Assembly: GCA_963823335.1 (NCBI GenBank)
Contig: CAWGLD010000004.1
Coordinates: 224,001 to 288,000, forward strand
Origin: an uncultured delta proteobacterium
GTDB lineage: Bacteria; Desulfobacterota; Desulfobacteria; Desulfobacterales; B30-G6
Length of the DNA: 64,000 nt
Reading direction: 5' to 3'
Part shown: positions 10,054 to 20,930 of the stretch, piece by piece
How the letters are laid out: every line of letters starts with the position of its first letter
How positions within the stretch are numbered: the first letter of the stretch is position 1
Notes under the pieces: model-generated
What the model was told of the DNA's origin: nothing
What the model saw: only the letters and a program-made list of their open reading frames with translations
The model's database searches: none
Program-made: the position numbers and the translations under genes

Positions 10054-10593
10054 ATGCGAAAAGCCACACTTATCTCAATAGTTCTTGTTTATAGCATGAT
10101 TGTGGGGTGTCAGACAACGAAGCCGATTCACACGGTTGAATCGGTAGACCTGAAACGTTTCATGGGCGACTGGTATGTGATCGCCAGCATACCGACATTT
10201 ATCGAGAAAGATGCTTACAATGCACTTGAGTCCTACCGCCTCGATCCTGACGGCACCATTGCCACGACTTTCCGGTTCAACAAGGGCGGTCTGGACGGTC
10301 CATTGAAAGAATACAAGCCCCGGGGATTTGTGAAGGACACTGGTTCCAACGCTGTGTGGGGCATGCAGTTTATCTGGCCCATCAAGGCAGAGTACCGGAT
10401 CATTTACCTGACAGAGGATTACACCCAAACGGTCATTGGGCGTTCGAAAAGAGATTATGTATGGATTATGGCGCGCCAGCCAGCCATTCCAGATGATGAC
10501 TACCGGCGCATCTTGGATTTTATATTGGAGCAAGGATATCTGCTGGAGAATCTGAAAAGAGTTAGACATGCTGCCAATGAAGATGCCCCATAA
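10054..10593 (+). CDS. blc: Bacterial lipocalin lipoprotein
   Basis: Lipobox IVGC; VDLKRFMGDWYVIA, F.WP.KAEY.I, YVWIMAR. Confidence 0.9.
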   Translation: MRKATLISIVLVYSMIVGCQTTKPIHTVESVDLKRFMGDWYVIASIPTFIEKDAYNALESYRLDPDGTIATTFRFNKGGLDGPLKEYKPRGFVKDTGSNAVWGMQFIWPIKAEYRIIYLTEDYTQTVIGRSKRDYVWIMARQPAIPDDDYRRILDFILEQGYLLENLKRVRHAANEDAP

Positions 10594-10635
10594 AATCACG
10601 GTGTGATTCTATGGGGGCATTCATTTGGGCACCGC

Positions 10636-10872
10636 TTACATGCCACCGACAGCCGGGGCGAAACCGACGCGGTCTCCATCCGACAAAACCGAATCCAGCG
10701 CAACCACACGGCTGTTGACAAATACAATCTTTATGTCTTCATCCGCAATACCGGCTTCACGGGCCAGATCAGCAACGGTCTTTCCTTCCGTCAGTGTGTA
10801 GGCAGTGCTATCACGAAAATCGCAAGTCCCGGGTTCAACCAACGTTGCAAAGCATTTCAAGTCTATTTTCAT
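10636..10872 (-). CDS. MoaD/ThiS family sulfur carrier
   Basis: FATL...VFVN...LSDGDRVGFAPAVGGM (GG followed by one residue). Confidence 0.85.
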   Translation of the reverse strand: MKIDLKCFATLVEPGTCDFRDSTAYTLTEGKTVADLAREAGIADEDIKIVFVNSRVVALDSVLSDGDRVGFAPAVGGM

Positions 10873-11029
10873 AATCAACTCCTTGATTGGTGGGTTAATT
10901 TATATCACTCTACAAAGATAACGCTATGTTGCCACTTATCAATAGGTATATAACAATGGGTATTTAGGGGTATAAAAACATTGTTTAATGACAGGTTGGA
11001 CAGAATACCAACCCGTTCGTATCTGCATA

Positions 11030-11962
11030 TCAGGGAACCACCCATAGAGCGCCGTCGGACAGGTTGTTGATCATGTAGCGGGAAACACTGCCCATGAAAA
11101 AAGACCTGTCGATACCGCGACGGCCGACAACCAGAGTATGGTAATCTCCTTTTTCAGCAAAATCCATGACCGCCTTTCCGATGCGTCTTCGGCCCTCAAT
11201 GGTTTCAAATCGCACCCGTTCCGCCGTAATGCCGGCCTGCTTAAACTTTTCCAACGCACGGGTGTAAAACTGGTCGATACAGGCTTTGTCGCCACGAACG
11301 ATGATGTCTTCCAACTCAGTATCAGGTGGATCCTCCATTTCGATCTCGCAGGTGTTACGGTTATTGCCGGCGACGTGCAGAAGGGTCATCGGTGTTTCTG
11401 AATTACCGCTCATCATAAAACTGACATGATCGACCACGCGCAAGGAAGCCTCGGAACCGTCTACCGCCACCAGCAACTCGCCGGCACCCGCCTCGCCATC
11501 CACCAACCAGACCGGGATCACCTGGGATTGCTCCAGAATGTTGGCCGTGACACTGCCGGAGTAAAGCCTGGCAATACCAGACAAGCCCCGTCGCCCAACC
11601 ACGATGGCATCGTATCGCCCCTGCTGTGCAAACTCAATGATATCCTTGGCAAACCCGAGTTTTCGTGCACGGGTCACCCCTTCGATGCGATTGGAGGCGA
11701 TACCCCTGTCGACCATGTCGTTCTGGTAGTCATCCAGCAGAGACTGGGCCAAGCGGGCATTCCTGTTTGAAATCGTTTCCATTTTTTTTCTGGCCAAAAC
11801 GCTGGTCCGCGCCTCCTCTTTCAGAAAAAGGGATACCATCGGCTGAACATGAAGTAAAACGAAATGCAAATCCGGTATCATGGCGGATATCTGGACGGCG
11901 TAGTCCAGTGCCAGTTTTGAGGGACGGGTATTATCGACAGCCAACAATATTTTCCTATTCAT
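11030..11962 (-). CDS. Tandem universal stress protein
   Basis: Two USP domains: ILLAVD...IVVGRRG...GSVT and LVAVDGS...VVGRRG..FMGSVS. Confidence 0.9.
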   Translation of the reverse strand: MNRKILLAVDNTRPSKLALDYAVQISAMIPDLHFVLLHVQPMVSLFLKEEARTSVLARKKMETISNRNARLAQSLLDDYQNDMVDRGIASNRIEGVTRARKLGFAKDIIEFAQQGRYDAIVVGRRGLSGIARLYSGSVTANILEQSQVIPVWLVDGEAGAGELLVAVDGSEASLRVVDHVSFMMSGNSETPMTLLHVAGNNRNTCEIEMEDPPDTELEDIIVRGDKACIDQFYTRALEKFKQAGITAERVRFETIEGRRRIGKAVMDFAEKGDYHTLVVGRRGIDRSFFMGSVSRYMINNLSDGALWVVP

Positions 11963-12195
11963 CCGTCTTCTCCTTTCCTCGCAAGTATTCTTTAGTTTCA
12001 GTCAACTCCTTTACAAGCAGGTGGTTGTTCACGTTGTTCCGGTAGGCCATGATGATCAGTTTGACGGACACCAGGAAGACGCCCGCCTCCAAAAAAAGAT
12101 CGTGCGTAAATCCCTGGGTGAACAGGGCCAGGAACAAACAAAACAAATGTTGTCAGGATAACCATCAAAGATCCCGCATCAAAATACTTGTACAT
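11955..12195 (-). pseudogene. Small membrane protein split by a frameshift
   Basis: MYKYFDAGSLMVILTTFVL continues as FLALFTQGFTHDLFLEAGVFLVSVKLII in another frame across a TTTGTTTTGTTTGTT tract near 12133-12148. Confidence 0.6.
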
Positions 12196-12225
12196 GTTGC
12201 CTCTCCTTTCTAAACGTGGTCACAT

Positions 12226-13191
12226 CTACAGTTCAATATTGGACACCTGTTTCCTCACAATACCGATCGCCTCTTGGCGCCCGAGCTTTCGAATCAGGGA
12301 ATACAAACGACCACAATCATCCAATGACAATTTTCCGACCAGCTGAATACAGGCCTTCTCATCGCGAAGATGCGGCAAGCTCTCTGAATCTTCGCGTTCA
12401 CCTTTGGCGATCAGTTTGTTATATATTAATGCACGCGCAGCCAGAAGCATTTCCCGATCCGGCCACTTCAACTCAGGATGAAATACATACAACAGGGTCA
12501 ATTGATCACCCGGACCGTATAGACGGCCCCGCATATCTAAGCGCTTTAAAGATGCATCGGCCAGAAAAACTGTCTGCAAGCGTTCGGGTTCGGTCAATTG
12601 CCGCAGCAACAGACCGCGCAAAGGGTAATGCATCAGCCCGGCTTCGATGAATACGGAAGCGCTATCATTCACCAACTCTATCAACGCTTGTGCCCGGAGA
12701 GTGTCCCGCAGTCGGAAACGGGCAGCATCCTGTCTTGCAAAATGCCTTACAGCCGTTATCATCGCCTCAAACGACCCCGACATCGAGACGTGATAAAAAT
12801 TCAGTAGTGAACCGGTGGCATTGTGTTCCGCCGTATATACGAGATGCTGGACCGAGTTCCGAGCAATATCCCCAGGCCGAAACCCATCGGCAAAAAGATC
12901 GTGAATGCCTGATAGCGCTTCCAAATAAGGCTCCACCTGGTGGATGGTCTTATTCTGAGCGGACATCTTCTGCAGCAAATGGCACATCCTCCGACTGAAC
13001 ACCGGATATTCCAAATCTTGCTGCATCAGATAACCATCGATACTGATGCCACCCGTAAGCATCTGGGTAAAATTCTGATCGGGCGGCTCTTCCAGAAGAA
13101 TCCTATCACAAGACCCCATCCAGTCCATCAAGACGGGAACCATCTCCGGTCGATGTATGCTCAGCCCTAATATGATCCTGTTTGAAGGCAT
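12226..13191 (-). CDS. Hypothetical protein
   Basis: About 321 aa ORF; start overlaps upstream stop (TGATG). Confidence 0.7.
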   Translation of the reverse strand: MPSNRIILGLSIHRPEMVPVLMDWMGSCDRILLEEPPDQNFTQMLTGGISIDGYLMQQDLEYPVFSRRMCHLLQKMSAQNKTIHQVEPYLEALSGIHDLFADGFRPGDIARNSVQHLVYTAEHNATGSLLNFYHVSMSGSFEAMITAVRHFARQDAARFRLRDTLRAQALIELVNDSASVFIEAGLMHYPLRGLLLRQLTEPERLQTVFLADASLKRLDMRGRLYGPGDQLTLLYVFHPELKWPDREMLLAARALIYNKLIAKGEREDSESLPHLRDEKACIQLVGKLSLDDCGRLYSLIRKLGRQEAIGIVRKQVSNIEL

Positions 13192-13370
13192 CAAGAGTCT
13201 TTTATCTCGATATTCCCTGAGTAGCGCTCAACCACATCCTTTTCAACACACTCATCAATTACCTCGTTTTCAGAAGGCGCACCATCTGCTACCATGGGGC
13301 AATAGTGATCGGTTCCTTGCGGACCCTTGACCTTGGTATATTCTTTTTGGGATTCGGTTTTCATTTTCAT
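13191..13370 (-). CDS. Small hypothetical protein (59 aa; YCP...ECVEKDVVERYSGNI), missed by the ORF track
   Basis: GAGGTG RBS; translationally coupled to the next gene. Confidence 0.65.
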   Translation of the reverse strand: MKMKTESQKEYTKVKGPQGTDHYCPMVADGAPSENEVIDECVEKDVVERYSGNIEIKDS

Positions 13371-13461
13371 TCACCTCACTTATTGGTTCTTAACTTCGTT
13401 AAACCGATAATTCCTTAGGAGTCTAAATTTGCACAAGCTCAGGATTTATCAGCACAGAACA

Positions 13462-14676
13462 TCAGCCGGATTGTTTTCTACCCCAGACCGCATACAGCGG
13501 ATCCGAATAAACAAATTCAGGAAAGTATTTGTCATCATGCGGCCGTGGCAGACCCCGCATGGAATAGGTATGCAAGCCTTCGAACGCCTCGGTTTGCATG
13601 AAGTACTCCAGTACCAGCCCCATGCGTTCGAACTCGTGCAGCTCCGTCCACAGTCGTATGGCCTTGGTGGGAAACCAGCGGTTGGAAAATGTGACCACCA
13701 GACAGCCACCCGGTTTCAGGACCCGGGCCACCTCGTCAAAAACCGTCAAGGGATCGATGAGGTACTCCACCGAAACCGTGCAGAGGACAGCGTCAAAAAC
13801 ATTGGCGTCATAAGGTAGCCGTGGATTGGCGTTTAAATCCTGAACAATCGATTCGGTCAATTGGCGGTTGCGGTTCAGCTCGCTTTGATTGAGTCCCAGC
13901 CCCACCAGACGTTTCAAGCGATGGCGCCTGGGGATGTGAGACTGCCAGCTGCCCATGAGATCGAGCACCTGCATGTCATCGCCCAAAAAACGGTTGTAGG
14001 TGTTTTTCACCATGGACAAGGCCGTGTCGTCCAGGTGCTGCGTAAAACGCGGTTTGCGGTAAAAAAGAGCATCATTTGTTGAATCTTGGCGCTCAAATGC
14101 GACGTCATTCAGGTAATCGGAGGCCTGATCAAGCCATCGTGCCTGCATCCCGGGACCGTCGGTGAGCCGCTCCATCCAGTCGATACTGGTACCGCCACGC
14201 TCGATCTGCTTGGGTTCGATTTTCCCGATAATGGTCGAAAGATGCAGATCCTTATCGGCCAAGGGATGGTTGAAATCGACGGAAAGGTTGCCGTTGTTGA
14301 TCCCGACACATCGAAACGGGGTTATGTTGTTCCTGAAAACCCCACGGACGTCAGTTAAGAGCCCTTTGGGATAAAAGCGCCCCATCCGGGGGTTTGCCTG
14401 ATGAATTCCCACCCGGTCCGCATTAAACTGTCTGCGCTTAATCTTCATCAATTGGCGTGTTTCAAAGGCCGGGACTGCCTGTCCGCTGTCGAAACTCAGC
14501 AGGATGTCATCTCCCCCTTGCCTGCCCATGAGACGCTCGCCCAGACCTGCTGGAAGTATATCCCGCCACATGTTGGCCTGGTTGGCTTGAAAACAGTCTG
14601 TATGGGTTACATTACCACTTTTCCACTTGAGCTGAAAAAGCAGATCGACTTTGCTGTCTGTATCGATTCGTTTCAT
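13462..14676 (-). CDS. Class I SAM-dependent methyltransferase with N-terminal FKBP/SlyD-like domain
   Basis: VDFNHPLA (SlyD-like); FY..PRF..HLD, LDLMGSWQSH, FSNRWFPTKAI; GGAGG RBS. Confidence 0.8.
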   Translation of the reverse strand: MKRIDTDSKVDLLFQLKWKSGNVTHTDCFQANQANMWRDILPAGLGERLMGRQGGDDILLSFDSGQAVPAFETRQLMKIKRRQFNADRVGIHQANPRMGRFYPKGLLTDVRGVFRNNITPFRCVGINNGNLSVDFNHPLADKDLHLSTIIGKIEPKQIERGGTSIDWMERLTDGPGMQARWLDQASDYLNDVAFERQDSTNDALFYRKPRFTQHLDDTALSMVKNTYNRFLGDDMQVLDLMGSWQSHIPRRHRLKRLVGLGLNQSELNRNRQLTESIVQDLNANPRLPYDANVFDAVLCTVSVEYLIDPLTVFDEVARVLKPGGCLVVTFSNRWFPTKAIRLWTELHEFERMGLVLEYFMQTEAFEGLHTYSMRGLPRPHDDKYFPEFVYSDPLYAVWGRKQSG

Positions 14677-14788
14677 TTTGGTTCCTCCATGATGATAGCG
14701 CTTCATGATCGGGACGTCCTGTTTCTCACTCGTCAAAATATATAAACGAAACATCACAATTCAATAGGGGAAGGATAAGGTTAAGTTG

Positions 14789-14803
14789 ATAGGTAAAAAC
14801 TAT
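14789..14803 (-). promoter_or_regulatory. Putative LuxR-family operator
   Basis: Identical to the 4559-4573 site when each is read on its gene's strand. Confidence 0.6.
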
Positions 14804-14887
14804 TAACAATGGCAGCCACAAGCATAAAACATTTAGGAGTATATTGCTTAATGCTTAGGTTATAGTTCTTGAAAAAAATCATCCCTG

Positions 14888-15790
14888 TTAGCTCAGGGAC
14901 ATCAGATACGAGCGTAGATTTGTTTGCTTGTTGGTGAGACCAAACTTGGTACGCAGATTTTTGCGGTGAAAATTGACGGTTGCCTCGGAAACGATCAGAA
15001 TATCGGCAATTTCTTTGCTGGTTTTGCCATCCTTGACAAGGGTTGCCACCTGCATTTCCTGGGGCGTCAGGAGAATATTGGCGTTGGTCAGATTCTGCAT
15101 CAGGGGTGTAATGATATCCTGCAGGTGAGCGTCTATAATTTCTACCAGGATCTTGTCCTTGGCTTTTAAAGGCACATTTTTCAGTTTTTCCACGTAGGGC
15201 AGAACCAAGCCCTTGATGTTGGTCAAAAAGCGCTTTTCAAGTTCGCGTCTGTCCTCTTCCCGCTGCTTCAAAAGAACTTTCAGGGCCACATTGGCTTCTT
15301 CCAGCCCCTGCTTTTGATCATGGAGTTTCTCTTGACTCTCCAAAAGCGCCTGCTCGGTGAGTTTCAAGGCTGTAATTTCTTCATGACTGACCACGACCCG
15401 CACTGGATCCGTATCCGGAATACGGATCACCCGCATGTAAAACCAGTGCTGGCTTCCGGGCTGATGGCAGGGGTAATCGTATAAAAACTCATCCAGTTGC
15501 TTGTCGATAACAGCCCGAATGCCCGTAGCCACCTTACAGGCATCCTGGCTGTCATTCCCGCTGGTGATGTCACAGGTAGAAAGATAATTAACGCCATGGA
15601 AGTTATGACCGGGAGGCAAGCCCCCCTGGGTGGCGTGATTCTGCCAGGCACGGTTGGTCGCCCGAATAACGCCGTCGTGGTCCAGAATGGCGATGTGCGC
15701 GGACAAAGCATCAAAAGCGAAGCGGGCCAGAGATTCCGAGAAATGAAGGGTTTCAGGATTTGGGGTGGTATCGGTGGGGTGAATCGTCAT
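14888..15790 (-). CDS. PAS-domain LuxR-family transcriptional regulator
   Basis: PAS-like N-terminus (AHIAILDHDG.I..N.AW, NYL..C, YPCH...WF); LTPQEMQVA...GKTSKEIA...TVNFHRKNLR HTH. Confidence 0.9.
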   Translation of the reverse strand: MTIHPTDTTPNPETLHFSESLARFAFDALSAHIAILDHDGVIRATNRAWQNHATQGGLPPGHNFHGVNYLSTCDITSGNDSQDACKVATGIRAVIDKQLDEFLYDYPCHQPGSQHWFYMRVIRIPDTDPVRVVVSHEEITALKLTEQALLESQEKLHDQKQGLEEANVALKVLLKQREEDRRELEKRFLTNIKGLVLPYVEKLKNVPLKAKDKILVEIIDAHLQDIITPLMQNLTNANILLTPQEMQVATLVKDGKTSKEIADILIVSEATVNFHRKNLRTKFGLTNKQTNLRSYLMSLS

Positions 15791-16057
15791 GGGTTTGTTC
15801 CTCTTGAGATCGGTTGTTGGCAATAAATTGAACAATACACCAATTGGCCTATTGTTTCAATCAATGGATCGTTTGCAACCATTCACGCGGCTATCTTGGA
15901 TACCCATCCGTTTTCATCTGCATCGGCTCTGTAAAGATCCGTGTATCTGGCAGCTACAACCCGGTTGACAGGTCATCATTCCTCGGGTAAGAATTAATGT
16001 AATCATTCTTCTTATAGCGTTCTATAATATACTCTTCCCATAAATTTAGCGAGTCAA

Positions 16058-17317
16058 ATGGAGGAAACCCGGATGCGCATTGCCATTATCGGTGCAGGCA
16101 TCTCCGGCCTGGTCACCGCCTATCTGCTGAGTGAATCGCATGAGATCGTTGTGTACGAAGCGAATGACTTCATTGGCGGGCACACCCACACCATTGATGT
16201 GCCCCTGAAAGATCGTACCTATGCCGTGGATACGGGGTTTATCGTGTTTAACGAAAACACCTATCCGAATTTTATCAACTTGATGGAACGGTTGGGCGTT
16301 GCGTGGCAGCCTTCCAGCATGAGCTTCAGTGTGCAATGTGAAAAGACCGGTCTCTATTTTTGCCCCAGTAGCTTAAACAGCATGTTTGCCCAGCGCAGGA
16401 ATCTGTTTCGACCGGCTTTTTATCGCATGCTCACCGATGCCTTGCGCTTCAGACGGGAAGCATTAGAATTGATGGAGACCGACGACTATAGCATAACCTT
16501 GGCGGAATACCTGGACACAAAGAACTATGGCCCATATTTTATAGACAATTTTATCATCCCCATGGGGGAAGCCATTTGGTCGGCGGATCCGGTGCAATTC
16601 AGGGAGTTTCCGGCACGCTATCTGGTTGAATTCTTTAACAACCATGGTGTCCTGAATATTCACAATCAACCTCAATGGCTGGTGATCAAAGGCGGCTCCA
16701 GACAATATATCGAGCCCCTCACCCGCCCCTTCCACAAAGATATCCGGCTCAGTATGCCGGTATCCTCCGTTCAACGCTTCGAAGACCGGGTGGAAATTAC
16801 GGCCCAAGGAGAAACTGAATCCTTCGATCAGGTGGTCCTGGCTGCTCACAGTGATCAGGCCCTGCGGATGCTGGCGGATCCCACCGATCTGGAACATGAT
16901 ATCTTGGGCGTCATCCCCTATCAAGAAAATGTGGCCGTACTCCACACCGATGTCACTCTCATGCCTAAGAAAAAAATCGCCTGGGCCAGTTGGAATTATC
17001 ATGTGCCCAAAGCAGAAACGGGACGTGTTGCCCTGACCTATGATATGAACCGTCTGCAGTCCCTGGATGCGCCAGAGGAGTTCTGTGTCACCCTTAATAT
17101 GTCCGAGGCAATCCACCCCCAGAAAATAATCGAATCCCTTGTGTACCACCACCCGGTATACGATCCCAAGAGCCTGAACGCCCGTCGCAGTCAAGATGAC
17201 GTGAACGGACAAAACCGAACCTATTACTGTGGGGCCTATTGGGGCTATGGATTTCATGAGGATGGCGTTAACAGCGCCCTGGCAGTATGCAAACACTTTG
17301 GAAAACATCTGTCATGA
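16058..17317 (+). CDS. FAD-dependent oxidoreductase (UfaD/RSP_1091-like amine oxidase family)
   Basis: IAIIGAGISGL, GGHTHT, VDTGFIVFN..TYPNF, ASWNY, YCGAYWGYGFHEDG. Confidence 0.9.
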   Translation: MEETRMRIAIIGAGISGLVTAYLLSESHEIVVYEANDFIGGHTHTIDVPLKDRTYAVDTGFIVFNENTYPNFINLMERLGVAWQPSSMSFSVQCEKTGLYFCPSSLNSMFAQRRNLFRPAFYRMLTDALRFRREALELMETDDYSITLAEYLDTKNYGPYFIDNFIIPMGEAIWSADPVQFREFPARYLVEFFNNHGVLNIHNQPQWLVIKGGSRQYIEPLTRPFHKDIRLSMPVSSVQRFEDRVEITAQGETESFDQVVLAAHSDQALRMLADPTDLEHDILGVIPYQENVAVLHTDVTLMPKKKIAWASWNYHVPKAETGRVALTYDMNRLQSLDAPEEFCVTLNMSEAIHPQKIIESLVYHHPVYDPKSLNARRSQDDVNGQNRTYYCGAYWGYGFHEDGVNSALAVCKHFGKHLS

Positions 17318-18075
17318 TCAAGAGCTGTATATACGAAGGCACGGTCCGCCACCGGCGATTCCGGCCCCGGCCGAACAAATTCCAGTATCGGCTGTTTTTC
17401 ATGTATCTGGATCTGGATGAACTGCCGACCGTATTCGATATGCACCCATTGTGGTCAAACCAGCAGGTCAATCTGGCCTATTTGCGTCGCAGAGACCATT
17501 TCGGAGATCCCAAAATACCCATCAAACAGTCGGTTCAGGACCTGGTTGAAGAACGTCTGGGCCAGCGCCCCGGGGGACCCATACGAATGCTGACCCATTT
17601 GCGCTATTTCGGCCACTGTTTTAATCCGGCCAGTTTCTATTATTGCTACAACCAGGAAGATACTGATGTGGAAACCATTGTATTGGAAATCCACAATACG
17701 CCCTGGGGAGAGCACTTTTGCTACGTAATGGGCAGAGAGGAGAACCTGCATCCATTCAAGGACTGGCGTCGGCATACCGGCGAGAAAGTCTTTCACGTCT
17801 CACCCTTTATTGACATGGATATCCGCTATGATTGGCGTTTTCGATTGCCGGGCGACACCCTCAGTGTTCATATCATCGATTATCAGAAAGACAGTAAACT
17901 GTTCGATGCCACCCTGATGCTGCAGCGTCGCAGCCTCGATCGTCGGGCATTGACGCGCCTACTGCTCATCTATCCAGCCATGACCGTCAAAGTAGTCACC
18001 CTGATCTATTGGCAGGCCTTACGTTTGGTCCTGAAAAAGACCCCTTTTTTTACCCATCCGAAAAAAAAGGGATGA
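17314..18075 (+). CDS. DUF1365 protein (UfaO-like)
   Basis: G.VRHRR..P...F.Y, FNPASFYYC, E.HNTPWGE, FHVSPF, IYWQALRL; ATGA overlap. Confidence 0.9.
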   Translation: MIKSCIYEGTVRHRRFRPRPNKFQYRLFFMYLDLDELPTVFDMHPLWSNQQVNLAYLRRRDHFGDPKIPIKQSVQDLVEERLGQRPGGPIRMLTHLRYFGHCFNPASFYYCYNQEDTDVETIVLEIHNTPWGEHFCYVMGREENLHPFKDWRRHTGEKVFHVSPFIDMDIRYDWRFRLPGDTLSVHIIDYQKDSKLFDATLMLQRRSLDRRALTRLLLIYPAMTVKVVTLIYWQALRLVLKKTPFFTHPKKKG

Positions 18076-18095
18076 ATTTTTGAAAGGATTGTCAC

Positions 18096-19379
18096 ATGAC
18101 TGACTTCATCATACCGGCAGAAGCGCCGCATCTTGATGAACTCAAGGCAGGCAAATTGGAGCGGCTCGCGCGCCAGACAGTTTTATCAGTGCTCGAGAAA
18201 CTGAAATTCGGCCGAATTCGAATTATTGAAGATCTCGGCCAGCTTACGTTTGGCAAAGATGGACCCGCATCGTTGCAGGCCAGTCTTCACATTCATCACC
18301 AGCGGTTTTACAGCCGCATTCTCTTCAACGGCAGCATCGGAGCGGCAGAGGCCTATATGGAAGGACTCTGGTCGGCGGATGATCTGACCACGCTCATGCG
18401 GATCATGGCCCTTAACCAGCCTGTTTTTGCCGAGATGGAAAAAGGCCCGGCACGTCTGACAGCTCCGCTTTACAAGCTGTATCATTTGGCCAGGAAAAAT
18501 ACCAAGGTGGGCAGTCGGAAAAACATCCTCGCCCATTACGATCTTGGCAACAATTTCTATGCGTTGTTTCTCGACAAGACCATGGCCTATTCCTGCGGCA
18601 TATTCGAAAATGAACATAGCACCCTTGAAGAAGCCTCTGTTGCCAAACACGATCGGATCTGCAAGAAACTCCAGTTGAAGCCCGGCGATCGGATTTTAGA
18701 AATCGGTACCGGCTGGGGCGGGTTTGCAGTGCATGCCGCTCGAAATTACGGTGTGCACGTCACCACCACCACCATATCCGACGAACAATACCGGTTTTCC
18801 CGGGCCCGCTTCCAAAAAGAAGGCCTCCAAGACCAGATCTCTATATTGAAAAAAGACTATCGGGATCTTACGGGTAAATATGACCAGCTGGTTTCCATCG
18901 AAATGATCGAGGCCGTGGGACATCAATATTTCGACACCTTTTTTAAGACCTGCAGCCAGTTGCTTCGTGATAACGGCATGATGCTGCTGCAGGCCATTAC
19001 GATCCAGGATCAGGAATTCAAACGTTACACCCGCTCGGTTGATTTCATCAAACGCTATATCTTCCCTGGCGGTTGTGTGACCTCCGTGGCGGCCATGACG
19101 GCCAGCATCACCCGTGTCACCGATATGAGACTTTTTCATCTCGAAGATATTACACCCCATTATTCACGAACCCTGAGGAAATGGCGTCAACGCTTTTTCA
19201 ACAACATCGACCAGGTACGCGCCATGAAATTTCCGGAAACCTTCATCCGTATGTGGGAATACTATCTGTGTTATTGCGAGGGGGCATTTGCCGAGCGGTA
19301 CATCGGTGATGTCCAGATGCTGTTGACCAAACCATTCTGCCGCCGGGAGTCACTGCTCCCCGATTTAGGCGAAAATTAA
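18096..19379 (+). CDS. cfa: Cyclopropane-fatty-acyl-phospholipid synthase family methyltransferase (UfaM/CfaS-like)
   Basis: NILAHYDLGN.FY, YSCG, LEIGTGWGG, SIEMIEAVGH, DFIKRYIFPGG, WEYYLCYCE. Confidence 0.9.
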   Translation: MTDFIIPAEAPHLDELKAGKLERLARQTVLSVLEKLKFGRIRIIEDLGQLTFGKDGPASLQASLHIHHQRFYSRILFNGSIGAAEAYMEGLWSADDLTTLMRIMALNQPVFAEMEKGPARLTAPLYKLYHLARKNTKVGSRKNILAHYDLGNNFYALFLDKTMAYSCGIFENEHSTLEEASVAKHDRICKKLQLKPGDRILEIGTGWGGFAVHAARNYGVHVTTTTISDEQYRFSRARFQKEGLQDQISILKKDYRDLTGKYDQLVSIEMIEAVGHQYFDTFFKTCSQLLRDNGMMLLQAITIQDQEFKRYTRSVDFIKRYIFPGGCVTSVAAMTASITRVTDMRLFHLEDITPHYSRTLRKWRQRFFNNIDQVRAMKFPETFIRMWEYYLCYCEGAFAERYIGDVQMLLTKPFCRRESLLPDLGEN

Positions 19380-19410
19380 CTGAAATCTGGATATTCGAGC
19401 TGTCCATTGA

Positions 19411-19445
19411 AAGGCGGCGTTTCAGATTGTATTGAAACGCCGCCC
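19411..19445. terminator. Hairpin between convergent genes
   Basis: ggcggcgtttca-N-tgaaacgccgcc inverted repeat. Confidence 0.55.
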
Positions 19446-19562
19446 TCGTATGTTGCTATTGGTTTCCTTCGTTCATATCATCCGCCAATTTGTGGCGGTT
19501 ACCGATTCCTGACCTTTTTATTTGCAGCTCAGAATACGCTTAAGAAGCCCTCGACGTTTATA

Positions 19563-20697
<1,135 letters not shown>

Positions 20698-20753
20698 TTA
20701 GTTTTGTTTTTCTTTGGAAGCACCTTTATGACAAATTCCTTTGACTTCAACCT

Positions 20754-20836
20754 GTGTCATTTCCGCATAGCCAATGGATTGAACCGACTCGGGCATCCAG
20801 TATTTTTCTGGATGCCCGCTTTCGCCGGAATGACAG
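20754..20836. repeat. REP-like palindrome (GTCAT...CTGGATGCCCGCTTTCGCCGGAATGAC)
   Basis: cgggcatccag-N-ctggatgcccg hairpin; outer gtcat/atgac inverted ends. Confidence 0.6.
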
Positions 20837-20930
20837 CCTTAAGCTATTTAATTCCCGAATTAAGAATAGGACCCGGAAGCAAGCAATTTATCGGAGTTAG
20901 CCCCTAAAATCTTTTTCCATTTGAAAATAT

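Noticed and set aside
14888-15790. LOV photoreceptor domain in the LuxR regulator
   Set aside because: Lacks the GxNCRFLQ motif; only a generic PAS-like call is supportable.
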